Positions 13,299 through 25,399 of a DNA stretch of 64,000 bases are shown one piece after another (the first letter of the stretch is position 1; every line of letters starts with the position of its first letter). The translations under genes and the position numbers were made by a program. Origin of the DNA: Eledone cirrhosa (Eukaryota); NCBI GenBank assembly GCA_964016885.1, contig OZ024746.1, forward strand, positions 53,320,001-53,384,000, in the 5' to 3' direction. Under the pieces are notes generated by a model. It was not told the DNA's origin. It saw only the letters and a program-made list of their open reading frames with translations, and searched no databases.

Positions 13299-13701
13299 TA
13301 TGTGTTTCTGTGTGAGCAATGATACTCAATACATGATGTACAATAAGATCGTTTAAGTAAACAATTTTTTTTTTATTTTGTAATAGATGATTTTCACGCT
13401 TTCTGAACTTTATGAGAAAGAGTAAATATACATAGCATGACTGATGGCAGTTACAGGTATATTCATGAATGAATTACATATAATGCATGTGTGTGTGGTG
13501 TCTCTATACATGTATTTATATAGATATATATCGATCTATATATCATGTTTAATATAGAAATGGCTTTGACATGACTAGAAATGTTTCATTTAAAAGAAAT
13601 CAGGAAAGCTGTTTATATATTATACTAAATATGTTTACACTCCACTAATCTATTGAGTACCTTATTAACTGTGGTTACACCGATTCAACACGGGCACTCA
13701 G

Positions 13702-13757
<56 letters not shown>

Positions 13758-13759
<2 letters not shown>

Positions 13760-14130
13760 GGCGTTAGGAAGGGCATCCAGCTGAAAAAACCAGCCAGAAA
13801 CACCCCTATTTGAGCGAGACACGGTCACCCAATACAACTTGCCTCAAAATAGGACCCATGCTAGCATGGAAGATGGACGTTAATCGATGATGATGATGAT
13901 GATACACAAAAACACGAGCGGAGGCGTGCGGCTTTGTGGTTAGTGTATTCGGTGCGCTGTATTTTTGAGCAAGGTACTTATTCCACGTTGCTCCAGTCCA
14001 CTCAGCTGGCAAAAATGAGTTGTACCTGTAATTGGAAGGGTCAGTCACACAGAATCTCCCTCAGAACTACATTATGGGTACACCTGTCTGTGGCATGCAT
14101 CTTAATTTCCCGACAGGCTGTTCCATCTCT
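13758..14130 (+). mobile_element. RTE/SINE 3' tail followed by an older CORE-like SINE
   Basis: GGCGTTAGGAAGGGCATCCAGCTG..GGACGTTAATCGATGATG, then GGAGGCGTGCGGC..TTGAGCAAGGTACTT. Confidence 0.65.
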
Positions 14131-14152
14131 CTCTCTCTACATATATATATAT

Positions 14153-14364
14153 AAGGAACGATCGACTTTCGTCAAATCAGTCCGAGGAAACAATGTTTCC
14201 ATTGGTCTTTCCAATTGCTAATACTATCTATCGGTCGCAACTCCAGGTAGGAGCAGCGTGAAATAAAATGTCTTGCTCAAAGACATAACGCATCGCCCGG
14301 TCAAGGAATCGAATTCACAACCTCACGATTGCGAATCCAATTCTCTAACCACTCAGCCACACGC
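14153..14364 (-). mobile_element. SINE family C
   Basis: Matches 5966-6178 and 6547-6761. Confidence 0.8.
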
Positions 14365-14367
14365 TAT

Positions 14368-14500
14368 AGGCTTCCCTTCCCAGCTCGAGCCAGTGGGGCT
14401 GGACCGAGGGTACGGCAAAATGCATGACCATCTTTCCGTTTCGCGGTGGCAAACCCCTCGTCTAGGATGCCACCTGCAGCGACACTTTCTTCAGCCGCAA
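14368..14500 (+). mobile_element. CRE-clade (RLE endonuclease) retrotransposon remnant
   Basis: Frameshifted translation GFPSQLEPVGLDRGYGK / MTIFPFRGGK / DATCSDTF matches the CRE-type EPxGLxRxDGKRPDG-T-FP..GK..WDAT motif. Confidence 0.6.
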
Positions 14501-15279
14501 GCTGGTGCACACGCCATATATTCGTGTATCTGAAATGCAATCGTCGCAATGTAAATGGCTATCATTATAGTCATGGTACGATGAAAATATTTCAAATGTT
14601 CCAAGTTTCTGAAGTCAACAGCGCCTTATATACTTCCATTTTATATAAGATTTCAATTTGAAATGCAGAGTATTAACGAAAAAGCACATGACTGAAATTA
14701 GTAAAATATATACTAGTAATTTCTATACAAACAACGTATACATACACATATATGTATATATATATATATTATATATATATACACACACACATAGATTAAG
14801 GAAAGAAGAAACGAACAAACAAGAGGATTCAATATATATATATATATTGGAAAATGTGTGAAATCCTTGGTACAGTTAGGTATATTTGAAAAAAGGAAAA
14901 AAATGACTTCACTTGTAGTTCTAAACAATTTGATTTAATTTTATATTATAAAATTAAATCAAATTGTTTAGAACTACAAGTGAAGTCATTCTTTTCCTTT
15001 TTTCAAATATATATATATATTAATATAGAAAAGCCTCTACAAGACTAGAACTGCTTCATTCGTAAGAAATCATCAGATGATTTCTCACGAATGCAACAGT
15101 TCTAGTCCTGTAGAAGCTTTACTATATTAAAACATTTATACTCTGCCATGTATTGAATACCTTACTTACTGTAGTTACCCCCGATTGAACCCGGAATAAC
15201 ATATATATATATGGTACAGCCGACCATGTTATTCTTCACTCTTTCAGTATATGTATATACTGTAGTATAAGTGTGGAAG

Positions 15280-15326
<47 letters not shown>

Positions 15327-16185
15327 TACCACACATATATTTATTATACTATAGATTATCTAGTCAAACCACGAATTCACTTCAGGAATTCTGAGAAATA
15401 TTTCCAAAACTAATTTAACATTTTATACCAGCCACATAATAAAGACAGATGCAAACACTACTAGATATTGTGTCAGATCTCCGTGTGCCCTTAACATAGT
15501 TTTCAGGGAGATTCAGCATGAAGACAGTGTATGAGAGCTTACCAAATTCATTTTTGCCATCTGAGTGGATTTGAACAACGTGAAATAAAAGTATAATCTT
15601 ATACATACATACATACAACCGCACATATTGGTTAACACATACACACAATCAAATATAGTCAAACATACCATCACACATACAGCTATAATCCAACACACAC
15701 ACAAACACTATAACACAGACAGTTCTAAACACACACACACGTAATAGAACTACACGCATGTCAGTGTTACACTGACAGAGGTATAGCCCAACATACACAT
15801 TAAAACATGGGTATAATCTAACACACACACACACAACCACAAGTATCGACCAAGGTACAGACAACTACACAGGAATATAACAAATACACTCAAGTATTGA
15901 CCAACACACACACACACATTACCAATCAGATATAAGCCAACATACACGCATACTCTCACAGAAATATAGACCAATATACACACTGCCATACTAATATAGG
16001 CCAGCATTGGGTTCTATACCTTGGCTTTGTTATTTAATAGGAAATAATCCTGTTTAACAGAACAAATTCAAGAAGAATATGGTTAATAAAAGAAAAATGA
16101 TATAACAAGATTAATATGAACCTAATGTCAGACAATTAATGAAAACCTAATGGAAAACGGGTTAAATATAACAAAAATAAAAAAA

Positions 16186-16391
16186 GGGTAATCTTTCGAT
16201 TTAGGTACGTAAATAAAAAAAAATCCAGAAAAACAAAAATTTATTTCAAAAGAAGCGAAATCTCACAGGAATATCTCACAAACGATAATAATCCTAACCC
16301 ATGATATTTAAACTGACGGAAACCGAAACTTAGTGAAATTTAAACATATTCGCAAAGTTTTATTTTACGTACCTAAAACGAAAGATTGCCC
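16186..16391. mobile_element. MITE with about 30-bp TIRs (Mutator- or Merlin-like, superfamily uncertain)
   Basis: GGGTAATCTTTCGATTTAGGTACGTAAA ... TTTACGTACCTAAAACGAAAGATTGCCC, with A-rich flanks on both sides. Confidence 0.65.
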
Positions 16392-17142
16392 AAAAAAAAG
16401 TAACAGGTGTTAATATCGATTATTGGCCTTGTGCCTAAATCAGAAACCAATATTAACCGATTAGCCATTTCGTTATCATCTAACCGTCATTTTCATATAA
16501 TTTTGAAAATAAAGAATTTAGTGAGATTTACTTTTCGAACTACCTTTGTCAATGTTGAGCTGATGTTTAGAACAAGTTTCGGCATACCCAAGTTTCTTAC
16601 CACATTTCTAATGAATGACTCCCGTTACTTCCATAATCTTAAAATTTGGTAATATAACTAATTTTCTCGTTTGGAGTTGGACTTAAATCTTTTTACATAT
16701 AATTTTGATGAAAGGTTTTTAGATAATTATTAAAAAATCTTTTCGTTGCCTTATTTCTAACGAAAGCTATTGTCTAGGATTTCCAAATAATTCTGAAGAA
16801 TTTAAAGGATTTGATGACTAAATTTTTCCTTAACTTTGTGTTTGGAACATTTTTACATACATATAAACACTTCAACCGTTTCGTTACAGCATTTTATAGG
16901 GGAATCTGCCTCCGATTTTCAAACTATTTTGTAAATAAGAAGTTGGAGGTTTTTTTAATTTTTATTTATTAAGGTAGTGTTTGGTGCATAACTAACTTAA
17001 TCACACTTCTTTCGTAAAATTATTGATGAATGGTTTTTAGATAAATTTAAATACTTTAAAATAAACAACTTAGTATCATATATTAAGAGGTAGTTTCAAG
17101 TGAGGTAGTTTCAAACAGGTTAAGGAAGACAGGTAAACTCGT

Positions 17143-18174
17143 TCAACTTACGTTTATATTTTGATGTGGCGATGACGAAGGCGATGAAGATGGCGATGTA
17201 GGCGTAGCATGAGAGGATGGGTTAGAAGGTAAGTTCATAATAGGATTGGGTAAGAGACCATTACCGCAGGCAGCCGGGTGAGGCTCGTTGGGCAATTCAG
17301 CCATCGGTGCGGAAACAAAGTATGGGTTAGTGTCGAGAAGAGGGCTTGGGATAGCGTACTCATTGCCTAGCATCATAGGAGATGGTTGCATCAGATGGAC
17401 GGGACGGGGAAAGCTGAACGGCATCCCGATGTTATTGTCCGATAGAGGTAATCGAGGGTAGTGAGAGACTGATGTGGGGACAGCTCCATATGGAGGAGTT
17501 TCATAATTGGTGGCTACGAAAAGAGGATTCGGGCTGAAGTTAGTTAATGGTGGCCTTACGGACTGGTCCCTTCTCATAGGTAATAATTTGTTGCCGTCCA
17601 TGTTTAAGGGAAGTGAAAGTGGTGACAGTTGAGGAGGAGCAACAGCATTGGTTGATGGTGTCAGCGGTGTTTGTGGGGACTGTGGTGCAAACGATGATAA
17701 TGGTGGTAGTGGCGGTAGCATTATGTTAGACGAGGACCCACTTGGTATCATTTGATGGTATCCTAGCAGGGTATTATTATTCATCGTTGGTAACTGAGAC
17801 GTTGGCACTTGTGTAACAACAACTTGCTGAGGATTGTTCGCATTCTCATCGAATAGTCTGAAGTAGCTAGAATCTGGCAATCTCTCTCTGGTCATCGACT
17901 CTGGAATATTACATGTGAATGTTGGTAAAGCCGGGTGGTTTACAACCCGTGGAAACGTTGTGACTCCACTAGAACTAGCAGCAGAAACAATAGCAGTTGT
18001 AGAACTGGTCTGAGACGAATAAGTTTCGCGAACAGTCTTCATTAACCTGGCTTTTTTATCAGAAGATACAGAACAGTCGATATCACTAGAAAGGGCTTGA
18101 AAAGCTCCAGAGTCCTCATTCCTGTCTTTGGCAGGTACAAATGTATTAATACTTCTAGTAGATTGTCGTTCCAT
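17143..18174 (-). CDS. Candidate host coding exon: 343-aa Pro/Ser/Asn-rich, low-complexity protein of unknown function
   Basis: The only long non-repetitive, non-TE ORF; GC higher than its flanks; ATG start; a consensus GTAAGT donor (17151-17146) sits just before the stop. No recognisable domain. Confidence 0.6.
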   Translation of the reverse strand: MERQSTRSINTFVPAKDRNEDSGAFQALSSDIDCSVSSDKKARLMKTVRETYSSQTSSTTAIVSAASSSGVTTFPRVVNHPALPTFTCNIPESMTRERLPDSSYFRLFDENANNPQQVVVTQVPTSQLPTMNNNTLLGYHQMIPSGSSSNIMLPPLPPLSSFAPQSPQTPLTPSTNAVAPPQLSPLSLPLNMDGNKLLPMRRDQSVRPPLTNFSPNPLFVATNYETPPYGAVPTSVSHYPRLPLSDNNIGMPFSFPRPVHLMQPSPMMLGNEYAIPSPLLDTNPYFVSAPMAELPNEPHPAACGNGLLPNPIMNLPSNPSSHATPTSPSSSPSSSPHQNINVS

Positions 18175-19922
18175 CTGTGTACTTTAGTTTTAGAATATTT
18201 TTAAACGTCTAAAAAATTCTTTGCGTTTTCTTAAAAAAAATATATTGGAGAGAGAAAGAAGAAAATATATCTAACACTTGTTTAGATGAAGCAACTGGTT
18301 ATTTAGAGAGTATTTGGAGCAAGTGAAAAGGTCTAAGGGACTAAACCATGTGATGTGTGGGTAGCAGGATGGGCTACTCACCCTAGAGAAATAATTCCCC
18401 TATCAAGCCAACTGGACCCTGAATTCCTATTGGTCAAAAATTGGACTGAGTGGTAGTGAGAATTATAAAAGATGAATAGATTTTTTTTTTTTTTTTTTTG
18501 TAGAGAAGTTGGTTGGAATAGCCATATGTGGTGGTGGGGATTGGTCAGTCTTCTTGCTAGCAAGTAGCAAAGATAAATAGTGACAGGGTGGAGAGATGAC
18601 CAGTAGGGAGGTAAACAAAAACAGCCCATTAACGCTCCTTAAAAGTATTTTTGTATTCTTCTGAACTGTGGCTGTAGTCATAGTGAAAGCAATAGGGGTA
18701 GTAGTAGTAGTACTTTGGGTGTGACATGAAAGTAAATGTTTAACCCTAGGCCCTTTAAATTCTGGTAGTGATGGTTTGGTGGTATCAAAAGACATAAAAC
18801 TGGCTGTTTAGCCCCGAGTCAACCTTAAATACTCAAGCCTATGACCATATGATCAAAGACATTCCAGCCATGTCAATGTACTTTTTTTTTCAGACTACAT
18901 TATCGAATGTATTCTTTTTCATTTGAAGAAGGATTTGGTTGCTATTTCTAGGAAATAGTGTTGAGTAGAGGTCCAAAGTAAGGTAGTGGTGATTTTATGT
19001 GGGGAGAGGGAATATCTGTAGCAGTAGTAGTAGTGGTGGTGGTGGTCAAAGGAGTGGATTTTGCTGGTGGTTGGGTGTTGATGGGTGGTAATGTAGTGAT
19101 GCAAATATGATGTTGATACTAGTGATGTTAATAATGGTGTTAATTGTATTGATTATTGTGGTAATACTAATGATGATAGTGGTGGTGGTAGTGGGGTAAT
19201 GGCATAGATGGTCAATAACAAAAATTGAAAACTGATAGGGCATGGGCACTGATCACAGTCAAGTAGCCAGTGGTCATTTTATTGGTGGTGGTGGATCAGG
19301 AAATAGGAGATAGAAAATAGCTGCTGGGTGGTAGGAGGAGTGGTAAGAGTAAATAAGTAAGTAGATGTTTGTGTGTTATTGAGTGGGTTGACAGCAGCCT
19401 TGGTGAAGGTTCAAGGTAATATTTACAATAACATACACAACACAGGAAAGTGAAGAGAAATCAATTAAAATATTTACTAAGGAAATATTTTAGTAAATAC
19501 CATCAGCCTCAATATTTCTTATCAGAATGTAGAGGTACACATACATACATACATACAGACAGACATACAGACGTACACATACATGCTCTTTACATAAAAA
19601 TACATCCAGTTCTATTCTGATGTGTGCTTTTCCTGCTCTTGGAACCACAAGCACACACACTTACATACCCACACGCACACATATATGTGTGTTTACAAAA
19701 TATGAAAAGATTCAGGACCCCGACGGAGCTCCGGCTATTTCGACAGCTAGATCTGAACTGAGCCACCAGTCTGGTGGTTTAGTTCGGATCGAGCTGTCGA
19801 AACGGCCGGAGCTCAGCCGTTGGGGTCCTGAATCTTTTCATATTACCTACTCTACTACCCAAGTATTGAGTACTCTGGTGCGTTATGGTCCACCCAGTAT
19901 CTTACCACACCCTCTTTGGTAT

Positions 19923-20088
19923 ATCATCATCATCATTTTACGTCCGTGTTTCCCTGCTTGCAAGGGTGTGACGGGAACCGATTCTGGCTTGATTTCTACA
20001 GCTGGATGCCCTTCCTAACACCAACCTCATTTACTGTGAGTGCTGGGTGCTTTTTTGCCGTGGCACCTGCACGACCACTTTGCAGTGG
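19923..20088 (-). mobile_element. SINE family A, 3' part
   Basis: Tail matches the other copies. Confidence 0.8.
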
Positions 20089-20114
20089 ATATAAAATATA
20101 TATGTTAGGTTGCC

Positions 20115-20203
20115 TTGCATATGTGATGAGATGTTGAAAGAGTTGGCTCTTCACTTTGATTGTACCCTAAGTTGATCGATATCGAAACAACTGTAATATG
20201 CAA
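20115..20203 (+). ncRNA. Type I hammerhead fold with C3G change (54-nt domain II)
   Basis: TTGCATAT-GTGATGA-GATGTTGA..TCGATATC-GAAA-CAACTG-TA-ATATGCAA, then AATAAA. 8-bp stem I and 8-bp stem II. Confidence 0.65.
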
Positions 20204-20267
20204 ATAAAGTTTGTACATATGGTGCAACACTGACTTCGACTCTTAAATCTAGTGTGGAAAGTGGATG

Positions 20268-20481
20268 TTAACCTTTTAGCATTTAAACTGGCCGTATCTG
20301 GCCAGAATTATCTCACCTCTTTGTTTAAAACAGCCATAACTGGCTGCTTATACAGATGTTAAGGTATTGTTCTCAAAATAAATCATATCAAAATCTCGAA
20401 GATTCGATATTATGTGAGATAAAGTGTTTATCATGAAAATATAATAGTAACTATAGAGTAAAGTAAATGGTAAAGGGTTAA
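20268..20481. mobile_element. piggyBac-like MITE (TTAA TSD, CCCTTTAGCATT-type TIR)
   Basis: TTAA-CCTTTTAGCATTT...AAATGGTAAAGGG-TTAA; family members at 22303, 38033, 39154 and 42775. Confidence 0.75.
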
Positions 20482-20496
20482 AGGATGATGATGTTG

Positions 20497-20623
<127 letters not shown>

Positions 20624-20696
20624 AAGTCATATTTGCACAACAACAGGAGTGGGTTTAAAGATTGATACATGAATTAAATTCATTATTTCATAGTGG

Positions 20697-21077
20697 TGGT
20701 GGATTGGCAGTATCGGTAGAGAGTCGGACACCATGCTTTGAAGCATAGAGTTACGTTCCTTTATGATCTGAGTTCAAATCCCGCTGAGGTTAACTTTGCA
20801 TTTCATCCTTACGGGGTCGATAAAATAAAGTACCAGTAATGTACTGAGTAATTGCTGGCCTTGTGCCTAAAATAAAAACAATTATTTCATAGTGGTGGAT
20901 TGGCAGTATTGGTAGAGGGTCGGATGCCATGCTTTGAAGCATAGAGCTACCTCCCTTTATGATCTGAGTTGAAATCCTGCCGAGGTTAACTTTGCCATTC
21001 ATCCTTACGGGGGTCGATAAAATAAAGTACCAGTAATACACTGGTATAATTGCTGGCCTTGTGCCAAAAAGTAGAAA
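20697..21077 (+). mobile_element. Head-to-tail SINE B dimer
   Basis: Two copies bracketed by three ATTATTTCATAGTGG repeats (20682, 20881, 21078). Confidence 0.9.
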
Positions 21078-21184
21078 ATTATTTCATAGTGGCAATTATT
21101 TAGATATAGAATGGTCCATGAACAGTTAGCATCTCACACAAACTCTCAGAAAAACTGTATGTTGAATGTGCTTATTAATTAGTA

Positions 21185-21817
21185 CAGTCGAGTCCGCTTA
21201 AGAGTATATCGGATAAGAGTATAGTTCGCATAAGAGTGTAGCATAATCAATTCCTGTTTATATATTTTCTATATAATTTAGTCTGAATAAGAGTATGTAC
21301 AGCCACTGCAAATAACATTGAGTGCAAAAAAGCATTTTGGACTATTTTTGGGAAATAAAAATTGCATACCAATATGTTGAAATATTGCTTAATTTATCTA
21401 TAACTTGCAATAATTCTTGTTGAATTTTTTGGTGTAACTTTCATTTTTTTTACTTATAAAATGCATTTTAAACGATAATAAAGCGATTTTTAATCATTGA
21501 AAGACTCAAAATAATAATTGTTTCTACTTTTGGCACAAGGCCAGTAATTACCCAGTGCATTACTGGTACTTTATTTTATCGACCCCGTAAGGATGAAAGG
21601 CAAAGTTAACCTCGGCGGGATTTGAACTCAGAATGGCAAGGGCTGTAACTATGCGTCAAAGCATGGCGTCAGACTCTCTACCGATACTGCCAATCCCCCC
21701 TAGACTCAAAATAATAATACTATGGAATATTTTTACTTAGTCCAGATAAGAGTATAGTCTGGTTGAGAGTATACTATTTTCCATTACCGAGGGTATACTC
21801 TTAAGCTGACTCGACTG
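21185..21817. mobile_element. Complete Tc1/pogo-like MITE (TA TSD) containing a SINE B insertion at 21519-21701
   Basis: TA|CAGTCGAGTCCGCTTAAGAGTATA...TATACTCTTAAGCTGACTCGACTG|TA; SINE flanked by the 17-bp TSD AGACTCAAAATAATAAT. Confidence 0.9.
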
Positions 21818-22302
21818 TATATGTATTTGAGTATACACATAATAAAAACTGCAAACATGCAATCGATTGAATTCACCCCAATACATGACCTCTACCTAAT
21901 GTAATATATATGTCAGAGTCTATCCTGGTGTGAATCTGGTGAATGATACATTTTATGGCTTCTTTAACACAATGATTTCTCACATTAGCTCAAGGTTTAT
22001 GGCAGTGTCCTTAATCTATAGGTAGACTGTACCTGGATCTGTAAGTGGCCTGGCTGACCACACACTAAAGTGGTACCTATGTTGTTGTTTAGTGTAAGTG
22101 AAAGTTGTTTCAGTTATAAACTATCCCATTCTATATTATATTCAAAGTGTAATTAAGACTAAGTCTACATAATCATTTAGTCATGGAACAGTCCTAATCC
22201 AGCAGATCCTATAAAATGTATTCATCATGTCCATCAAATCTTATTAGAGGCATATAAGTCTACATTATCTATCCTGACCTTTCCTTATTTAAGAGATGTT
22301 AT

Positions 22303-22515
22303 TTAACCCTTTAAAATTTAAACCGGCTGTATCCAGCCAGAATTCTCTCACCTCCTCCTGTTCAAACCAGCCATAATTGGCCCCTCACACCAACTTTAAT
22401 GTATTGTTCTCACAAATAATATCAAAATCTCATAAATTTGATATTATGTGAGTTAAAGCCTTTTCTGTGAAAATACAATAGTAAATATAGAGTAATGTGA
22501 ATGTTAAAGGGTTAA
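22303..22515. mobile_element. piggyBac-like MITE
   Basis: TTAA-CCCTTTAAAATT...AATGTTAAAGGG-TTAA. Confidence 0.75.
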
Positions 22516-22852
22516 GGGAGATTTCACTGCTATTTGTACCATATTGAGGTTTCATCAGTGATTCAAAGTGCATGTAAGTGACAGGGTTGCCAGAAAAATT
22601 TCAGCAAAATTAGAAAATAGCCTAAAATGAACATGTTAGCAAATTAACTCTTGATAACAAACAGCATGACATTATCCCTGGTCCTAAGTTACAAAACCTT
22701 CCCTCATAATTATATGCAAGTACTTTTAAGTTATGTTCCAAACACCAGATTATTAATTACAAGTTTATTTATATAACTAGATTACTCCAAATTATGATTT
22801 AAAATCATAAACAATTTCTTCATTAGAAATATAGTAATGAAATGCTTTAAAC

Positions 22853-23026
22853 CAGCAGTCACCAACCTTTCAGACCTCATGGATTACTAAATTCATAATT
22901 TCAAATCCTGTAGACCACAAATATGAATTTTTTTAAAAAGATAAATACATTAAAATTTTTCTGTGGACCACCAAAATTTTCTCTCAGACCGCCAGTGGTC
23001 CGCGGACCACCGGTTGGTGACCACTC
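22853..23026. mobile_element. hAT (Charlie-like) MITE
   Basis: TIR CAGCAGTCACCAACC / GGTTGGTGACCACTC; 8-bp TSD CTTTAAAC/GTTTAAAC. Confidence 0.75.
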
Positions 23027-23564
23027 GTTTAAACTACTTATATTCATACGTTCCATCATAATTTAACATTTTGTTAAGTATTTTCTAAACACCAGCTTAA
23101 AAATGAAAGTGAATGTTATTTATGTATCTCAATTTTTTTTGTTTACTGGGTTAGTTTTAAATCATAGGCAGAGTTTCTCATTAGAAACTATAGTAATGAA
23201 GGCATTAAACATCTTTAATTACTGTTTAAAGTTGATGTCCTAGAGCTGCAGTCCCCAATCACTAGGCCACAGACCAGTGTTGGGCTATGGACCATCTGGT
23301 ACTGGGCCACACAGAAAGAACAAAAACATTTTTTCCTCATAATATTGACTATCACAGAAAAATGACCTCATCTGTTTATGCCATTTTTCCATGCTTTTCC
23401 CAAATTAATAAAATTATAATAAATGCACTTTATTTTTTGTTTTGTTATGTGCATAAGCCACACCAACCCACCTCCCCTCGGCCTACTGCCATAGATGCTT
23501 CAAATTTATAGAAGACATTGATGCATTGATAATAGGTGGCATTCTTTTCTAAACATTATTAACA

Positions 23565-23925
23565 GGATTTGCGAGTATTGGTAGAGGGTCGGACGCCATG
23601 CTTTGACGCATAGAGTTACGGCCCTTACCATTCTGAGTTCAAATCCCGCCGAAGTTAACTTTGCCTTTCATCCTTACGGGGGTCGATAAAGTACAAGTAA
23701 TGCACTGGGTAATTGCTGGCCTTGTGCCAAAAGTAGAAACAATTATTAATAGGAGTATTGGTAGAGAGTCGGACGCCATACTTTAGGGCACAGAGTTACA
23801 CCCCTTTATGGCCAGAGTTCAAATCTTACTAAAATGAACTTTGCCTTTCCTCCTTACAGGGTTGATAAATAAAATACCAGTAATACACTGGATTAATTGC
23901 TGGCCTTGTGCAAAAAGTAGAAACA
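23565..23925 (+). mobile_element. Head-to-tail SINE B dimer
   Basis: Two copies separated and flanked by ATTATTAA(C/T)A (23555, 23742, 23926). Confidence 0.85.
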
Positions 23926-24961
23926 ATTATTAACAATGTAAATGAAGTGAATTGCCAATGAAGGCCACCTCTATATGGTTACTTGACCTACTAAAAATAG
24001 CAGCCAAATCTCCCTTAAACTACAAAGCACTCTCTCTCCTAGATGATTTAAATTTACAGAAGACATCCATGCATTGATGAGTAGGTGGCATTTTCTTTCT
24101 TACCAATGAAGACCACCTCTATATTTGACCTAGTAAAAATAACAGCCAAACTTCTATACTTGACCTAGTAAAAATAGCAGCCAAATCTCCATCAAACTGC
24201 AAAGCACTATCTTTCAAAAGAAGTATACACTAGTAAATGTAGTCCTAGATTCACTGCCTAAAGGAGGAATAAAAGACAACATTGTCATGGCTGGAATGAC
24301 ATAGGTCATATGGGTAGGGGCAGGTAGAGCCAATACAACCCCTACCAGTACTACACCACCACCACTTCCACTACAGTATGTCTAACTCCCATTAACCTAT
24401 TTACAACATCTTTGTTCTGGTTGAGGTTGGGGAGTTCTACTAAACAACAACAACAGCAGTAGCAAGAGAACAAAGTCACTGAGGTAGAGGGGAGAAGAGA
24501 AAGCAGGGTACAGGAAGTGGTGGAACAATACATTTTATTAGAGTGAGGGGTGTGAGAAAGAGGGTAATGTTTATTGAAAAAGGATGTTGAGTACATGCAC
24601 AACTCTGGATATAAACAGACATACATAGTCATACAACTACAAAAACATACTATACACACAGATATACATATATACATATATACTAAAGAGAGAGAGACAT
24701 ACACTGAACATACCTACACATAAATATGTATATTAGCTTACACTGCCTCATTTAATCATATACAATATATAAGTTAAGGGAACAAGAGGATACAATATAT
24801 ATATATATATACATTAAAATAACAGATTAAAGTTTAAGCAAAGAATCGCTGCTTTCACCCTTAACGGGATCTTCTGAAACTGAAAAAAAAAAAAAAAAAT
24901 CAATCTGTGGATGCAGAAATAAATATTTTGTCTATGGTTTTATATATTTTAGGGGTCCATA

Positions 24962-25162
24962 TTCCACTGCAAAGTGGTCGTGGAGGTGCCACGGCAAAAC
25001 AGCACCCAGCCCACACTGTAAAGTGGACGTGTAGGCGCCATAGAAAAAAAGCACCCAGCACCCAGCACTCACTGTAAATGAGGTTGGTGTTAGGAAGGGC
25101 ATCAAGCCAGAATGTCCCACCCTTGCAAGCAGGGAAAAGCGGACGTAAAATGATGATGATGA
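24962..25162 (+). mobile_element. SINE family A, 3' part
   Basis: CACTGCAAAGTGG..GTTAGGAAGGGCATC..GGACGTAAAATGATGATG. Confidence 0.8.
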
Positions 25163-25399
25163 TATATTGATACCAATGTTTATAAATAATTATTACTGTT
25201 ACTATGTGTATCTGGTTTAGAGAAAGTACTTTGTATGGTTGTAGGATGTAAGTGGTGACTAGAATGTTTGGCACCAGGAAAGGTAACTAATTGTTAAACA
25301 TTGACTTAGAAAAGCCTCCATGATGAGCAAACAATCATGGGCCCTGCAAGGTGAACCCATGCTGTAAGAGAGAAAATAGCCTTAAAATGCTTGGTGATG

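Noticed and set aside
24845-24882. CAGAAGA-TCCC..GGGT-GAAA (minus)
   Set aside because: No UH site or stem I.
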